Positions 10,472 through 19,784 of a stretch of DNA of 64,000 nucleotides are shown piece after piece. Each line of letters starts with the position of its first letter. Positions within the stretch are counted from its first letter, which is position 1. Location of the stretch: positions 1 through 64,000 of the forward strand of contig JBBTCT010000002.1 in assembly GCA_038060895.1 (NCBI GenBank). Reading direction: 5' to 3'. The stretch comes from Planctomycetota bacterium. GTDB lineage: Bacteria > Planctomycetota > MHYJ01 > WSZJ01. Under the pieces are notes generated by a model that saw only the letters and a program-made list of their open reading frames with translations, was not told where the DNA came from and made no database searches. Made by a program: the position numbers and the translations under genes.

Positions 10472-13159
10472 ATGCGCAGGACCCTCGCCGTCCTTTTCGC
10501 CGCCGCCCTCGTCTCCTGCTCCTCGTCCGCTTCGAAGCCGGGCCCGGCGCCGGCGAACGCCGCTTCCGGCGTCGAATCGCTCTGCCCGGCGATGAAGGGT
10601 GGGACGGCGCTGGGAGGGGGGGTCGAAGTGGTGGACGTCCGGCGCGACGACGCGCGCGGGGGGACGCACGTGGTGCTGAAGGCGGGGCGGGGGATGAAAG
10701 CATATTTCGCGGCGCGGTGGTTCTCGGACGGGAAGCTGGCGCGGGAATTCCGGACGGAGGACGGGTGGACGGAGGTGATGCTGGAGGCGGGGAAGGAGAA
10801 GCGGCTGTGGATCCCGGCGCCGTATCCGTTCGCGCCGGTGCTGGGGCTGGACGTGGCGGCGAAGAAACCTGCGGGGCTGGCAGGGGAGGGGAAGGCGCTT
10901 CCCGGCAGGATCGTCGTGACGCCCGAGCAGGCGGCGAAGCTGGCGTTCTACCAGTACCCGGACCTGGAGCTGTCGATCGTGCAGAGCCGGAAGCACGCGA
11001 AGGCGCCGAAGCTGGCGGTGTGGCGGGACGGGAAGGGGAAGGTCGTGGCGGCGCTGGAAATTCACGTGAAGGAGGGCGCGAAGGCGGACGCGGGGATCTC
11101 GTTCCTCCACACGAACGGCAAGCGCCAGATGGGGACGTCCCTGGCGTACGCGAATACCTCGAAAGGCGCGCCGTCGGGGGACGGGTGGGAGTTCATGATC
11201 TTCCGGCAGGGGGACGGGCGTGAAGTGGCGGTGCCGTGGAAGCCGCTGGTGCGCAACGCGTCGTTCCTGGGCGTGTGCGCGGGCGGCGCGGCTGGGCTCG
11301 ACGCGGCGCTTCTCGGCGACACGGCGCAGATCGGGACGTTCCTCGAGGACGGCACGTCGGACCTCGAGACCGCGCCGTTGCGCGCGCCGTCCTGGTCGAT
11401 GGCGAACCCGACCGGCGGCAGCCTGTCGAGCGGCGCGCCCGTGACGTGCGAATACTCCGGGGCGCGCTCGCAACTCTGGACCGTCTCGCTCCAGGATGAC
11501 ATGACCTTCACGCCCGCCGCCGGCGGCGGCGCGGCGAAGACGTGCAGCGGGACGCTTCCCGCCGGCACCGGCGCCGTCGATCTCGGGACGCTGCGCGCCG
11601 TCCGCCCCGGCTTGCACCAGTTCTTCTACAGCGCGCAGGACCTGGAAGAGGACCCCGCGTGCGAGGACCGGCTTCTCGCTTCCGACGGCCCGGTCTGCCC
11701 CGGGGAGGCTTCCTCGGCCCCCGCCGAGATCCTGACCGAAGCGGGCCACGGCTGCACGGCCGAAGTCCCGGGAAGCGCTTCGACGCCCGCGGGCGCGTTC
11801 GAGAAGCTGACGATCCCGTGCTCGGCGGCGGGCGGGACGGCGCTCATCGCGGTGAACCAGAAAGACGAAGAGCCCGGTTTCGTGGCGGTGGCGTGCGACG
11901 GCGAAGAGATGGACGAGGACCTGGAGTTCACCGCGGTCCCGACCGAGACGATCCCGATGGGCCACGTGTACATCCAGATCGACAACGGCGGCGGCGTCAT
12001 CAAGGACGAGGGCGGCCCGGAGGTGTTCGGCGAAGTTGTGGACGACACGTGCGACTGCAAGCACTGCCGGCTGATCGTCATCTACGGCCAGCCCCGCCGC
12101 GGCATCGGCGACCGGAACTGGACGGCGACGCGCGATGAACTCGACGAAATCGCGGAGGTCTCCTTCGGGAGGCTCAGCCACCGCCGCCTGGACAACACCC
12201 CGGCGATGAGCGCCCGGCGCCAGCACATGCTGGCGGGCCCCGAGCCCTTCTACGACCCGCACGGTACGTGGACGCTCGACGTGCCGATCTTCGTCGCCCA
12301 GAACTTCGCGCGCGAGATGGCCAGCGCGCACCCCGACGCCCGGTACCACGTCATGCTCGTCCCGGGCGCGGACGGATTCGAGGACCCCTGCACCGTCCTC
12401 AAGCTCGGCCGCAACAACCGCCGCACGGACGACAGAACCATGCGACTCCACCGGCCCGGCACCGGGGACTCCCTCGTGCGGCACTTTGCCCACTGCCACA
12501 GGTGGGAAGAGGTCCTCTTCATTTATCACGGCAGCGCGACCGCCTTCACCTCGGTGGTGGACGCGTTCATCGCGATGGTCCGCACGCCGGTCAAGCGGAT
12601 CGTCTTCTGGTCCTGCTGGGGCGCCGACCGGATCGACAAGGACGGCGACGATTTCGACCGGCTCAAAGCCCACCTGCTCTCATCGAAGTGCAACTGCCCG
12701 CCGCGCGGCGCCCCGCCCGCGGACGACACGGACACGCCGGCAGCGCATCCCGCTTCCACCGCATGCTCCGCCTGCCCGCTCGACCCGGAGCACTGCCCCT
12801 ACGAGGGAACCGTCATCATCACCGCCGCCACGATCCCCGTGGACGCGCGCGTCCGCGACACCGACCCTCCCCGGTTGATCGACGTCTCGACGCCCCTCAG
12901 CATCGACTTCCGCGGTGGCCAATGGGTCCTCACCTCCGCCGACGGCCGGGTCCGCAAGATCACCATCTCGAAGGAAGGCCGTGTCACGGAAGAGACGGTC
13001 AGGGGCGACACCGCCATCGAAGGGGTGCCCGTCGGCACCGACGACAGCCTTCGCCGCCGCGCCATCCTGCGCAACATGCGGCGGCTCGCCGAAGGCCTCG
13101 GAAACGAGGCCGCGCAGCGGATGGCCAACAGGATTCTGCCGAAGTTCGAGCAGAGGTGA
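10472..13159 (+). CDS. Large Cys-rich lipoprotein, possible C-terminal caspase-fold (His/Cys) domain
   Basis: Lipobox LVSC at about residue 16, many Cys residues, and 'VLFIYHGS' plus 'IVFWSCWG' near the C-terminus. Confidence 0.65.
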   Translation: MRRTLAVLFAAALVSCSSSASKPGPAPANAASGVESLCPAMKGGTALGGGVEVVDVRRDDARGGTHVVLKAGRGMKAYFAARWFSDGKLAREFRTEDGWTEVMLEAGKEKRLWIPAPYPFAPVLGLDVAAKKPAGLAGEGKALPGRIVVTPEQAAKLAFYQYPDLELSIVQSRKHAKAPKLAVWRDGKGKVVAALEIHVKEGAKADAGISFLHTNGKRQMGTSLAYANTSKGAPSGDGWEFMIFRQGDGREVAVPWKPLVRNASFLGVCAGGAAGLDAALLGDTAQIGTFLEDGTSDLETAPLRAPSWSMANPTGGSLSSGAPVTCEYSGARSQLWTVSLQDDMTFTPAAGGGAAKTCSGTLPAGTGAVDLGTLRAVRPGLHQFFYSAQDLEEDPACEDRLLASDGPVCPGEASSAPAEILTEAGHGCTAEVPGSASTPAGAFEKLTIPCSAAGGTALIAVNQKDEEPGFVAVACDGEEMDEDLEFTAVPTETIPMGHVYIQIDNGGGVIKDEGGPEVFGEVVDDTCDCKHCRLIVIYGQPRRGIGDRNWTATRDELDEIAEVSFGRLSHRRLDNTPAMSARRQHMLAGPEPFYDPHGTWTLDVPIFVAQNFAREMASAHPDARYHVMLVPGADGFEDPCTVLKLGRNNRRTDDRTMRLHRPGTGDSLVRHFAHCHRWEEVLFIYHGSATAFTSVVDAFIAMVRTPVKRIVFWSCWGADRIDKDGDDFDRLKAHLLSSKCNCPPRGAPPADDTDTPAAHPASTACSACPLDPEHCPYEGTVIITAATIPVDARVRDTDPPRLIDVSTPLSIDFRGGQWVLTSADGRVRKITISKEGRVTEETVRGDTAIEGVPVGTDDSLRRRAILRNMRRLAEGLGNEAAQRMANRILPKFEQR

Positions 13160-13249
13160 AGCCGGAGCCGGCGGACGGCCTCGGCACTCCATCTCGCGGA
13201 ATTGTGTCTCACGTCGCTTCCCGATGCCTGAGGCGTGGATCAACGTGCG

Positions 13250-14419
13250 CTACGTCCTCTTCCCACCCCCGAATCCCTGCGGACCCTTAAGATCGTCCTC
13301 CGCGCTCTCGCGGATCGGCCCGCCGCCCGATTTCGCGTACAGCTCCGCAAGCGAAGTCTGTTCGGTGACTCCGTCCGCTCCCTTCCCCTTCGCTCGCAAC
13401 CACGCTTCCGCCGCTTCACGCTCAAACAGCGGAAACCGGATGTTTGCGACGCACCGCCCCGGCCGCACGAACGCCGGGTCGATCCGCTCGACCTCCTCGT
13501 TGAACGTCACCAGGAACAGGTCTTCCCTTCCCTGCCCGATCAGCCCGTCCGTCATGTTGAGCAGCCGGCCGAGCACGTCGGAGCCCTTGCGGTCGTCGCG
13601 GACCAGGAGCGGCGCGGAGTCCTCGAGGATGAACAACCTCCGCCGCGGGGGCTCCTTGCCGCCCTTGCCGAGCGCTTCCTCGAACTCTCCCGGCAGGTCC
13701 GGATCGTTCATCGCCTCGTCCCGCGAGTCGCTGGCGAGATCGAAGTAGTAGTCGGGCTTCTCGGCAAAGGTTCCGGGGTCGGCGAGGACGGTGGGGAGGA
13801 AGCGGTCTCGCCAGGCGAGCATGGCGGCGCGCAGGGCGAAGGTCTTGCCGGTGCCGGTGGGGCCGTGCCAGAGGATGAGCTGGCCGTGGCGGCCGAGGTC
13901 GGGGAGGGCGATGAGGGCGTCGAGGGCGGCGCGGGTGGCGTCGGGGTAGTTGTCGCGGATGGAGGGCCAGGCGGGGCAGCGGATGAACTGCGAGCGGCTC
14001 TCCGTGCCGTGGCGGCCGGAGACGCAGAAGTCGGTCCAGACGCCGTCGTTGCGCTCGGGGTCGTCGGGGCGGGCCCGGGCGCCGAGGGCTTTGAGAGTTT
14101 CGGCGAGGAGGGCTTCGGCGCCGAGGCCGGTGTCGAGCGCCTCGACGCGCGTGCGGCCGCGCTGGCAGTCGATGCCCACGACGTGCGGGCCGCGCCTGAG
14201 GATCAGGAGCCAGCGCGGGTTGTCGTTGGCGACCTTGACGACCTCGAAGCCCGGGAGAAGCGTCGTGATGTCCTGCCATGTCGCGGCCGGGTCGAGGTCG
14301 ATTCGGCCCTGGGCGCTCGAGCGGGGGACGAAGTCGCCGAGGAACTCGACATACGCGCGATTGCGGAGGAGGTCGGACCAGTGTTCGGCGGTGAGGGTGA
14401 GGCGGTCGGGGGTGGGCAT
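13250..14419 (-). CDS. AAA+ ATPase (DUF5925-associated type)
   Basis: Walker A GPTGTGKT, Walker B LFILED, 'LLNMTDGLIGQG', arginine finger 'DPAFVRPGRC'. Confidence 0.85.
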   Translation of the reverse strand: MPTPDRLTLTAEHWSDLLRNRAYVEFLGDFVPRSSAQGRIDLDPAATWQDITTLLPGFEVVKVANDNPRWLLILRRGPHVVGIDCQRGRTRVEALDTGLGAEALLAETLKALGARARPDDPERNDGVWTDFCVSGRHGTESRSQFIRCPAWPSIRDNYPDATRAALDALIALPDLGRHGQLILWHGPTGTGKTFALRAAMLAWRDRFLPTVLADPGTFAEKPDYYFDLASDSRDEAMNDPDLPGEFEEALGKGGKEPPRRRLFILEDSAPLLVRDDRKGSDVLGRLLNMTDGLIGQGREDLFLVTFNEEVERIDPAFVRPGRCVANIRFPLFEREAAEAWLRAKGKGADGVTEQTSLAELYAKSGGGPIRESAEDDLKGPQGFGGGKRT

Positions 14420-14640
14420 CGGCGAATGGTACGAGATCGTGGGCGGAGACTTCGTGGTTACAACGGCCAGGGAAAGCAAATCACCGAGGCACAGAGGCAC
14501 AGAGAACGACTTGACCGCCCTTGAATCTCCCCCGCCGCCCTCGCGTCCGTTGCGTCCTCGACAAACGAGAGTGTCCAACCGCCGGTACTTGATTCCGCCT
14601 TACGGGCTTGGTTGAGTGAAGTGCAACGCGGGAGAGAACC

Positions 14641-15069
14641 ATGGGAAAACCGACGCCGTCCCTTGCGGCCGAGACCGAGGCACTTCGCCAGGCGTACGCC
14701 GCCCTCAACCTGAACGACATTCCGGGGTTCGTGGCGGCCTTCGACCCCGGGATCGAGTGGATCGAACTGGCCGAGTACCAGGGAGGCGGGACCTATCGCG
14801 GGCTCGCTGCGGTAGAAGCGCACGCTTCGCAGGCGCGCGCGACCTGGGCGGAGGGACGTTGCGAGCCGGAGCGGTTCGTGGTCGAGGGCGACAAGGTCAT
14901 CGTGTTCGTCCACGTGCGCGTGAGGCTGAAAGTCGAGACGGAATGGCGCGAAGGTCGCCTGGCGGATGTCTACACCTTCCGCAACGGGAAGGCCATCCAG
15001 TTCCGCTCGTTCCTCGACAGGAAGCAGGCGCTCGAGTGGGCTGGAGTCAAAGACGCAGACGGAATCTAG
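14641..15069 (+). CDS. SnoaL-like / NTF2 family protein
   Basis: 'AYAALN..D......FDPGIEW......GGTYRG...GDKVIV...VYTFRNGKA...RKQALEWAG'. Confidence 0.9.
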   Translation: MGKPTPSLAAETEALRQAYAALNLNDIPGFVAAFDPGIEWIELAEYQGGGTYRGLAAVEAHASQARATWAEGRCEPERFVVEGDKVIVFVHVRVRLKVETEWREGRLADVYTFRNGKAIQFRSFLDRKQALEWAGVKDADGI

Positions 15070-15109
15070 CCCTCGCCCCGCGGAGGAAGGTCCGACTTCA
15101 GGAAGCGCT

Positions 15110-15368
15110 TCAAGACGACTCCCCGTTCAGCGGTTCGACCCCCGCCTTCGCGCAATTCTCCCGCATCAACTTCGTCGCACCTGTGAGGAGGGACTGCTCG
15201 CGCTTCCGAGTCGAGCGGCGATAGCCCGGGCGGGCGCCCACCGGACAGCGCTTCGATCAGCTCGAACGCAATCCCGTGCAGCCGCGCGCGGTCGCCCGGC
15301 AGCTGAAGTTGATAAGCAGCGTCCCGGAGAAGCGCGTGGCGGAACAGGTAAGCGGACTCTGCGAGCAC
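15110..15368 (-). pseudogene. Internally deleted copy of the TPR gene family at 60009-61550
   Basis: 5' part ESAYLFRHALLRDAAYQLQLPGDRARLHGIAFELIEALSGGRP matches the full gene's N-terminus. In another frame the 3' part reads MRENCAKAGVEPLNGESS*, matching its C-terminus MRASCAKSGVPPFDEEPA*. Confidence 0.8.
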
Positions 15369-15412
15369 GCGGCCTACTCCAGCGCTTGAAGCAGAGATCG
15401 TAGAATCCCCGG

Positions 15413-15588
15413 ATCGACGCCGAGACCCATTACGTCTTCCGACATGCCCTGCTGAGAGATGCGGCCTATCAACTTCAGTTGCCGGGCTGGCGCTTCTCCG
15501 CGCAACGGGGCTCGGTCCGGAGCTGGCGAAGCGCCGCGCGGAGCTGGAGGCGGCGTTCGCGAAGGCGAGCCTCCCCGCGCTTCCTTGA
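15413..15588 (+). pseudogene. Second internally deleted TPR-family remnant (divergent to the first)
   Basis: ETHYVFRHALLRDAAYQLQLPG, then a frameshift into LALLRATGLGPELAKRRAELEAAFAKASLPALP*, which resembles the family C-terminus. No canonical start codon (ATC at 15413). Confidence 0.7.
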
Positions 15589-15625
15589 GGTTAGAATGCC
15601 CGTTCACGAGTTTCGAGGATCGCTC

Positions 15626-16924
15626 ATGGCCCGGCTCCTCTCCTGTTTGGCGGCGTTCTGGCTCCTTCTCTCCGCCGCGGCGCACGCTGAGTCCGCTTCC
15701 GGCGTTCCCGACGGATACGTGCCGGTGTTCAAGACCGGAAAGATCTCCGTCTACGCCGCTTCGAAAACGGCCCTCACGACCGAGCAGCAGAACAGAATCC
15801 TGAAGGCGCTGAAGGGCCTGCAGGACCGCTACACCTCGCAGTACGGCCTCGACAAGGAGACGTACGCGCCGGGGTCGCTGAAGTCGTTTGACATCCCGAA
15901 GGACACGGTGGACCTCGTGATTTTTCCCGACCTGGAGAAGTTTCAGGAGTGGTGCGGCCACAAGGGGGCCGGCGGACTCACGGCGCACGTCGGCCGGCAC
16001 GAGAACGTCGTGGGAGTTCCGCTGGAGAACGGGGACATCTCGGCCGGGTTCTGGTGGGTGCTGGCCCACGAGTTCTCGCACGTGTTCTTTGCGCACACGC
16101 TCCGACTTTGCGGGCCGATCTGGCTCAACGAAGGCCTGGCGGAGTACTTCGCTTCCACCAGCAAGCTCTACGTCGCAACGGACCACGCGAACTTCAAGGA
16201 GATGCTCGACAGGCTCGATGTCGGCCGAAAGAAGCTCGGAACGGCGAACAGGGTTTCAGAGATGATCCGGAAGGCGCAGGACGAATTCGGGCGGCAGGAG
16301 TACGACGAAGCGTGGCTGCTGACGCATCTGCTGGTCACGGAGTGCTCGACGCTTCTCAACGACCTCGTGACGGCCACGCGGGAGATCGAAGCGAACGCGG
16401 CGGCGAACCTGGCCGGGTTGCAGTCAGACCTGAGGAAGTACGCGGCGGGGATTCTCGAACTGGCGTTCGGCGGGCCCGACAAGCTCCAGGCGGCCGTTGA
16501 TGCGCACCTGGACGAGATGCTCAAGAATCCGGTCGAGCCGGCGAAGATCAAGCTCCGGCCCGTGGGGATCGTCCGGAACCCGGACGATCCCGAGATCGAG
16601 CTGAGAGTGCACTCGACGGAAGACCTGGTCCAGGACGACGACGGCAAGATCTACAAGGCGCGCGTGTCGACCGGCAGCCTGAAGCACCGCGCTCCGTGGC
16701 CCGCGACCGTCACGATCACCATCGCCGTCGGGGACGAAAAGGGCAAGTGGTCCGAGGAGTACCTTGTGAAAAAGCCAGCCGAGATGAAGGCCGGGGACAA
16801 GCAATCGTGGGAAAAAGAGATCCTTCCCAAGTTCAAGGGAAGGCGGGTGGCGCGGATCACGGCCGAATGGGTTGTCGAGGGGGGCGGCACCTACCGCGCT
16901 TCAAAGGTGTTTCAGGACAAGTAG
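15626..16924 (+). CDS. Secreted gluzincin-like metallopeptidase (DUF1570/peptidase MA-like)
   Basis: Signal peptide, HEFSH zinc motif and downstream WLNEGLAEYF; GAGGA RBS. Confidence 0.8.
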   Translation: MARLLSCLAAFWLLLSAAAHAESASGVPDGYVPVFKTGKISVYAASKTALTTEQQNRILKALKGLQDRYTSQYGLDKETYAPGSLKSFDIPKDTVDLVIFPDLEKFQEWCGHKGAGGLTAHVGRHENVVGVPLENGDISAGFWWVLAHEFSHVFFAHTLRLCGPIWLNEGLAEYFASTSKLYVATDHANFKEMLDRLDVGRKKLGTANRVSEMIRKAQDEFGRQEYDEAWLLTHLLVTECSTLLNDLVTATREIEANAAANLAGLQSDLRKYAAGILELAFGGPDKLQAAVDAHLDEMLKNPVEPAKIKLRPVGIVRNPDDPEIELRVHSTEDLVQDDDGKIYKARVSTGSLKHRAPWPATVTITIAVGDEKGKWSEEYLVKKPAEMKAGDKQSWEKEILPKFKGRRVARITAEWVVEGGGTYRASKVFQDK

Positions 16925-17130
16925 GGGGTAGTCGCGGCGAGACTTCTGCGTGTCACGAAGTCGCTGGACTGAGCCCCGTCATGGCCGAGTCGGCACGCAT
17001 CTCACTCATTGCGTCATGAGCACTACGGCCGGTTGATGAACGATCCCGACGGGGCCGCCCGTTCTCAGAAGGGCTTCGAGGGAATTGTCTGTACACTCCT
17101 CTCCTGGATTTCGAGGACAAAGGAGGCGTG

Positions 17131-18420
17131 GTGGCTCGCTGGTGCGCCCTGCTTTGCGCGGCTCTTATCACAATAGCTACGACCGCTCTGGCTGAAGAAG
17201 CGGCGGGAGTACCCGACGGATATGTGTCTGCCTTCAAAGTTGGCAAGATCACTGTCTACGCGAAGTCGGCCCTCTCTTCCGACCAGCAGATCGAATTCCG
17301 GAAGTCGTTGACCTCCCTTTACAGCAGGTACAACGCCCAGTTCGGCCTGGACAAGGAGTTCTACAAGGCCGACGCCCTCGACGCATTCCCCAAGCCGAAG
17401 GACAGCGTCGACCTCGTGATTTTCGACTCCCTCGAAAGTTACCAGGGATGGAGCGGGGGCACCGACGCCGCGGGAGTCACAATCCACACGGGACTCCACG
17501 AAAACGTCATCGGTGTTCCCCTCAATGAAGGCGCCATTTCGCCGGAATCCTGGTGGACGCTGACACACCTGATGTCGGACGTCTTCTACGCGCATATCCT
17601 GGTGCTGGGCAACCCGGAATGGCTCAAGGAGGGCTTGTCGGAGTATTTTGCTTCGACAAGTAAGCTGTACGTCCCGACTCAGCAGGCCGCCTTCAAGGAC
17701 AAGCTCAAACGCCTGGATGACCGCAGGAAGGCTGAGAAGCCGATCAAGGTGACAGCGCTCCTGCGCATGGATTCGCGGGAGTTCGGGAGCGAAGAATGCG
17801 ACCAGGCCTGGCTCCTGACGCACCTGCTGGTGACGGAGCACGCTTCCCTGCTCAACGACCTGGTCGGGGCGACGCGGGCATTCGAGTCCGACGCCTCAGC
17901 AGACCTGCCAGGCGTGCAGTCGGACATTCGAAAGTACTCGGCGAAATTGTTGGAAGACTCCTTTGGCGGCGCCTCCAAAGTCCAGGCGGCAATGTTGTCG
18001 CATCTGGAGGAGTTGATCGCGAATCCCGCGGATCCCGCAAGGCTCAAGCTTCGGCCGACCGCGATTGCCGCGGGCTCGATCGCTCCTGAGGTCGATTGCA
18101 AGATCGTCAATTCCGTCAGCACAGTTGTCGACAGCGATGGAACGGTCTCCCAGGCACGCGCTTCCAACGGAACCCTTCGTTACCGCGCACCGTGGCCCGC
18201 GACCGTCCGCATCCTCATCACCGTGGGCGACGACAAGGGGCATTGGTCCGAGGAACTCCTCCTGCGCAACGCCGGGTCAATGAAGGCGGGCGGCAAGGAA
18301 GCCTGGGCGGACGAGCTTCTGCCGAAATTCAAGAATGCGCGCCAGGCAAGGATCACGATCGAGTGGAAGGTCGACGGCGGCGGAACCTATCGGACGGTCA
18401 AGGTGATCCGGGACAAGTAG
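17131..18420 (+). CDS. Tandem paralog of preceding peptidase with degenerate zinc motif
   Basis: Full-length similarity to 15626-16924. HEFSH is replaced by HLMSD while WLKEGLSEYF is retained; AAGGAGG RBS. Confidence 0.8.
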   Translation: MARWCALLCAALITIATTALAEEAAGVPDGYVSAFKVGKITVYAKSALSSDQQIEFRKSLTSLYSRYNAQFGLDKEFYKADALDAFPKPKDSVDLVIFDSLESYQGWSGGTDAAGVTIHTGLHENVIGVPLNEGAISPESWWTLTHLMSDVFYAHILVLGNPEWLKEGLSEYFASTSKLYVPTQQAAFKDKLKRLDDRRKAEKPIKVTALLRMDSREFGSEECDQAWLLTHLLVTEHASLLNDLVGATRAFESDASADLPGVQSDIRKYSAKLLEDSFGGASKVQAAMLSHLEELIANPADPARLKLRPTAIAAGSIAPEVDCKIVNSVSTVVDSDGTVSQARASNGTLRYRAPWPATVRILITVGDDKGHWSEELLLRNAGSMKAGGKEAWADELLPKFKNARQARITIEWKVDGGGTYRTVKVIRDK

Positions 18421-18467
18421 AGCTCGAAGCCACACGCGTCCAAAGCATCTGCTACGATCCGCCGCTC

Positions 18468-19607
18468 ATGCGCTCCGTCGCGATTCTCGGCTCCACGGGT
18501 TCCATCGGCAAGAGCACGCTCAAGGTGCTCGAAGAGCTGCCGGAATTCCGCGTGCAGTCGCTGGCCGCCAACGGCGACTGGAAGACGATGAAGCAGCAGG
18601 TCGAGCGCTGGAAGCCGGCGCGGGTGGCCTTGGCGGACGAAGCGGCGGCGGCGGAGTTGCGCAAGGTGGTGAAGGTCGAGGTGGCCAGCGGTGCGGCGGC
18701 GATCAAGGACCTCGCGGCCGATCCGGGAGCGGACACGGTGGTCGCGGCGATCACGGGCGCGGCCGGATTGCCGGCGTCGGTCGCGGCAGTGTCCGCGGGC
18801 AAACGCCTCTGCCTCGCGAACAAGGAAGCCATGGTGATGGCCGGTCCGCTTCTCACGGCCGGCGCGATGGAGACCGGCGCGACGATCCTGCCGATCGACA
18901 GCGAGCACTCGGCCGTATTCCAGGCGATGCGCGCCGGCGGGCAGGACGAAATCCGGCGCGTCATCCTCACGGCCAGCGGCGGGCCGTTCCGGGAATGGAC
19001 GAGAGAACAGATCGCGAAGGCGACGCCCGAACAGGCCCTGAAGCACCCGACGTGGCAGATGGGCGCCAAGATCACCATCGACAGCGCCACCATGATGAAC
19101 AAGGCCCTCGAGGTCATCGAAGCGCGGTGGCTCTTCTCGCTCCCCGTCGAAAAAATCGCCGTCGTGATTCACCCTCAATCCATCGTGCACTCGATGGTGG
19201 AATTCCAGGACGCTTCGACGATCGCGCAGCTCGGCTACCCCGACATGTGCATCCCGATCCGGTATGCACTGACCTTCCCGAAGCGCGCGCCGACGTCGTT
19301 CGGGTTCTTCGACCTCACGAAGGCGCACCGGCTCGATTTCCTGCCGCCGGACGCCGAGCGTTTCCCCGCTCTCGCCCACGGTTTCGAAGCTGCGCGCCGC
19401 GGAGGCACGGCGGGCGCGGCGCTGAATGGCGCCAATGAAGCGGCCGTGGCGCTCTTCCTCGACGGCAGGATCGCCTTCCCGAGGATCACCGACCTTGTTG
19501 CCCGCGCACTCCTGGCGCACTCGTTTCTCCCGTCGCCCTCGCTGGACGATCTCCTGGCGACCGACGCGTGGGCGAGGGGGTACGTGGCGGCGGAAGCGGT
19601 GAAGTAA
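18468..19607 (+). CDS. dxr: 1-deoxy-D-xylulose-5-phosphate reductoisomerase
   Basis: ILGSTGSIG, LANKE, PIDSEHSA, LTASGGPFR, HPTWQMGAKITIDSATMMNKALE. Confidence 0.98.
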   Translation: MRSVAILGSTGSIGKSTLKVLEELPEFRVQSLAANGDWKTMKQQVERWKPARVALADEAAAAELRKVVKVEVASGAAAIKDLAADPGADTVVAAITGAAGLPASVAAVSAGKRLCLANKEAMVMAGPLLTAGAMETGATILPIDSEHSAVFQAMRAGGQDEIRRVILTASGGPFREWTREQIAKATPEQALKHPTWQMGAKITIDSATMMNKALEVIEARWLFSLPVEKIAVVIHPQSIVHSMVEFQDASTIAQLGYPDMCIPIRYALTFPKRAPTSFGFFDLTKAHRLDFLPPDAERFPALAHGFEAARRGGTAGAALNGANEAAVALFLDGRIAFPRITDLVARALLAHSFLPSPSLDDLLATDAWARGYVAAEAVK

Positions 19608-19610
19608 GAA

Positions 19611-19708
19611 GTCCTTATCCGCGTCCGTTTCCGCGTATTCCTTTCTGAATTTCGAAAACTGCATACGCGGATAAAACCGGATTTGGCGGAAACGGCCGCG
19701 GATAGGAC
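19611..19708. repeat. Palindromic intergenic element family B, copy 1
   Basis: GTCCTTATCCGCG...CCGCGTATTCCTTTCT...AAAACTGCATACGCGGAT...CCGCGGATAGGAC; same core as 22055-22170. Confidence 0.85.
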
Positions 19709-19784
19709 CCTCCCATATCGCCGGTTCCCCCCGGCTCTGAAATTCGGTTACGATCCGCCCCTCACATCACCCTCCGGAGGCCCG

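Noticed and set aside
8888-12673. 1261-aa minus-strand ORF and similar long ORFs (25588-27396, 29937-31748, 40786-43425, 47041-49692, 55452-57713)
   Set aside because: Antisense shadow frames of well-supported genes in high-GC DNA; Arg/Gly/Ala-rich with no recognisable motifs.
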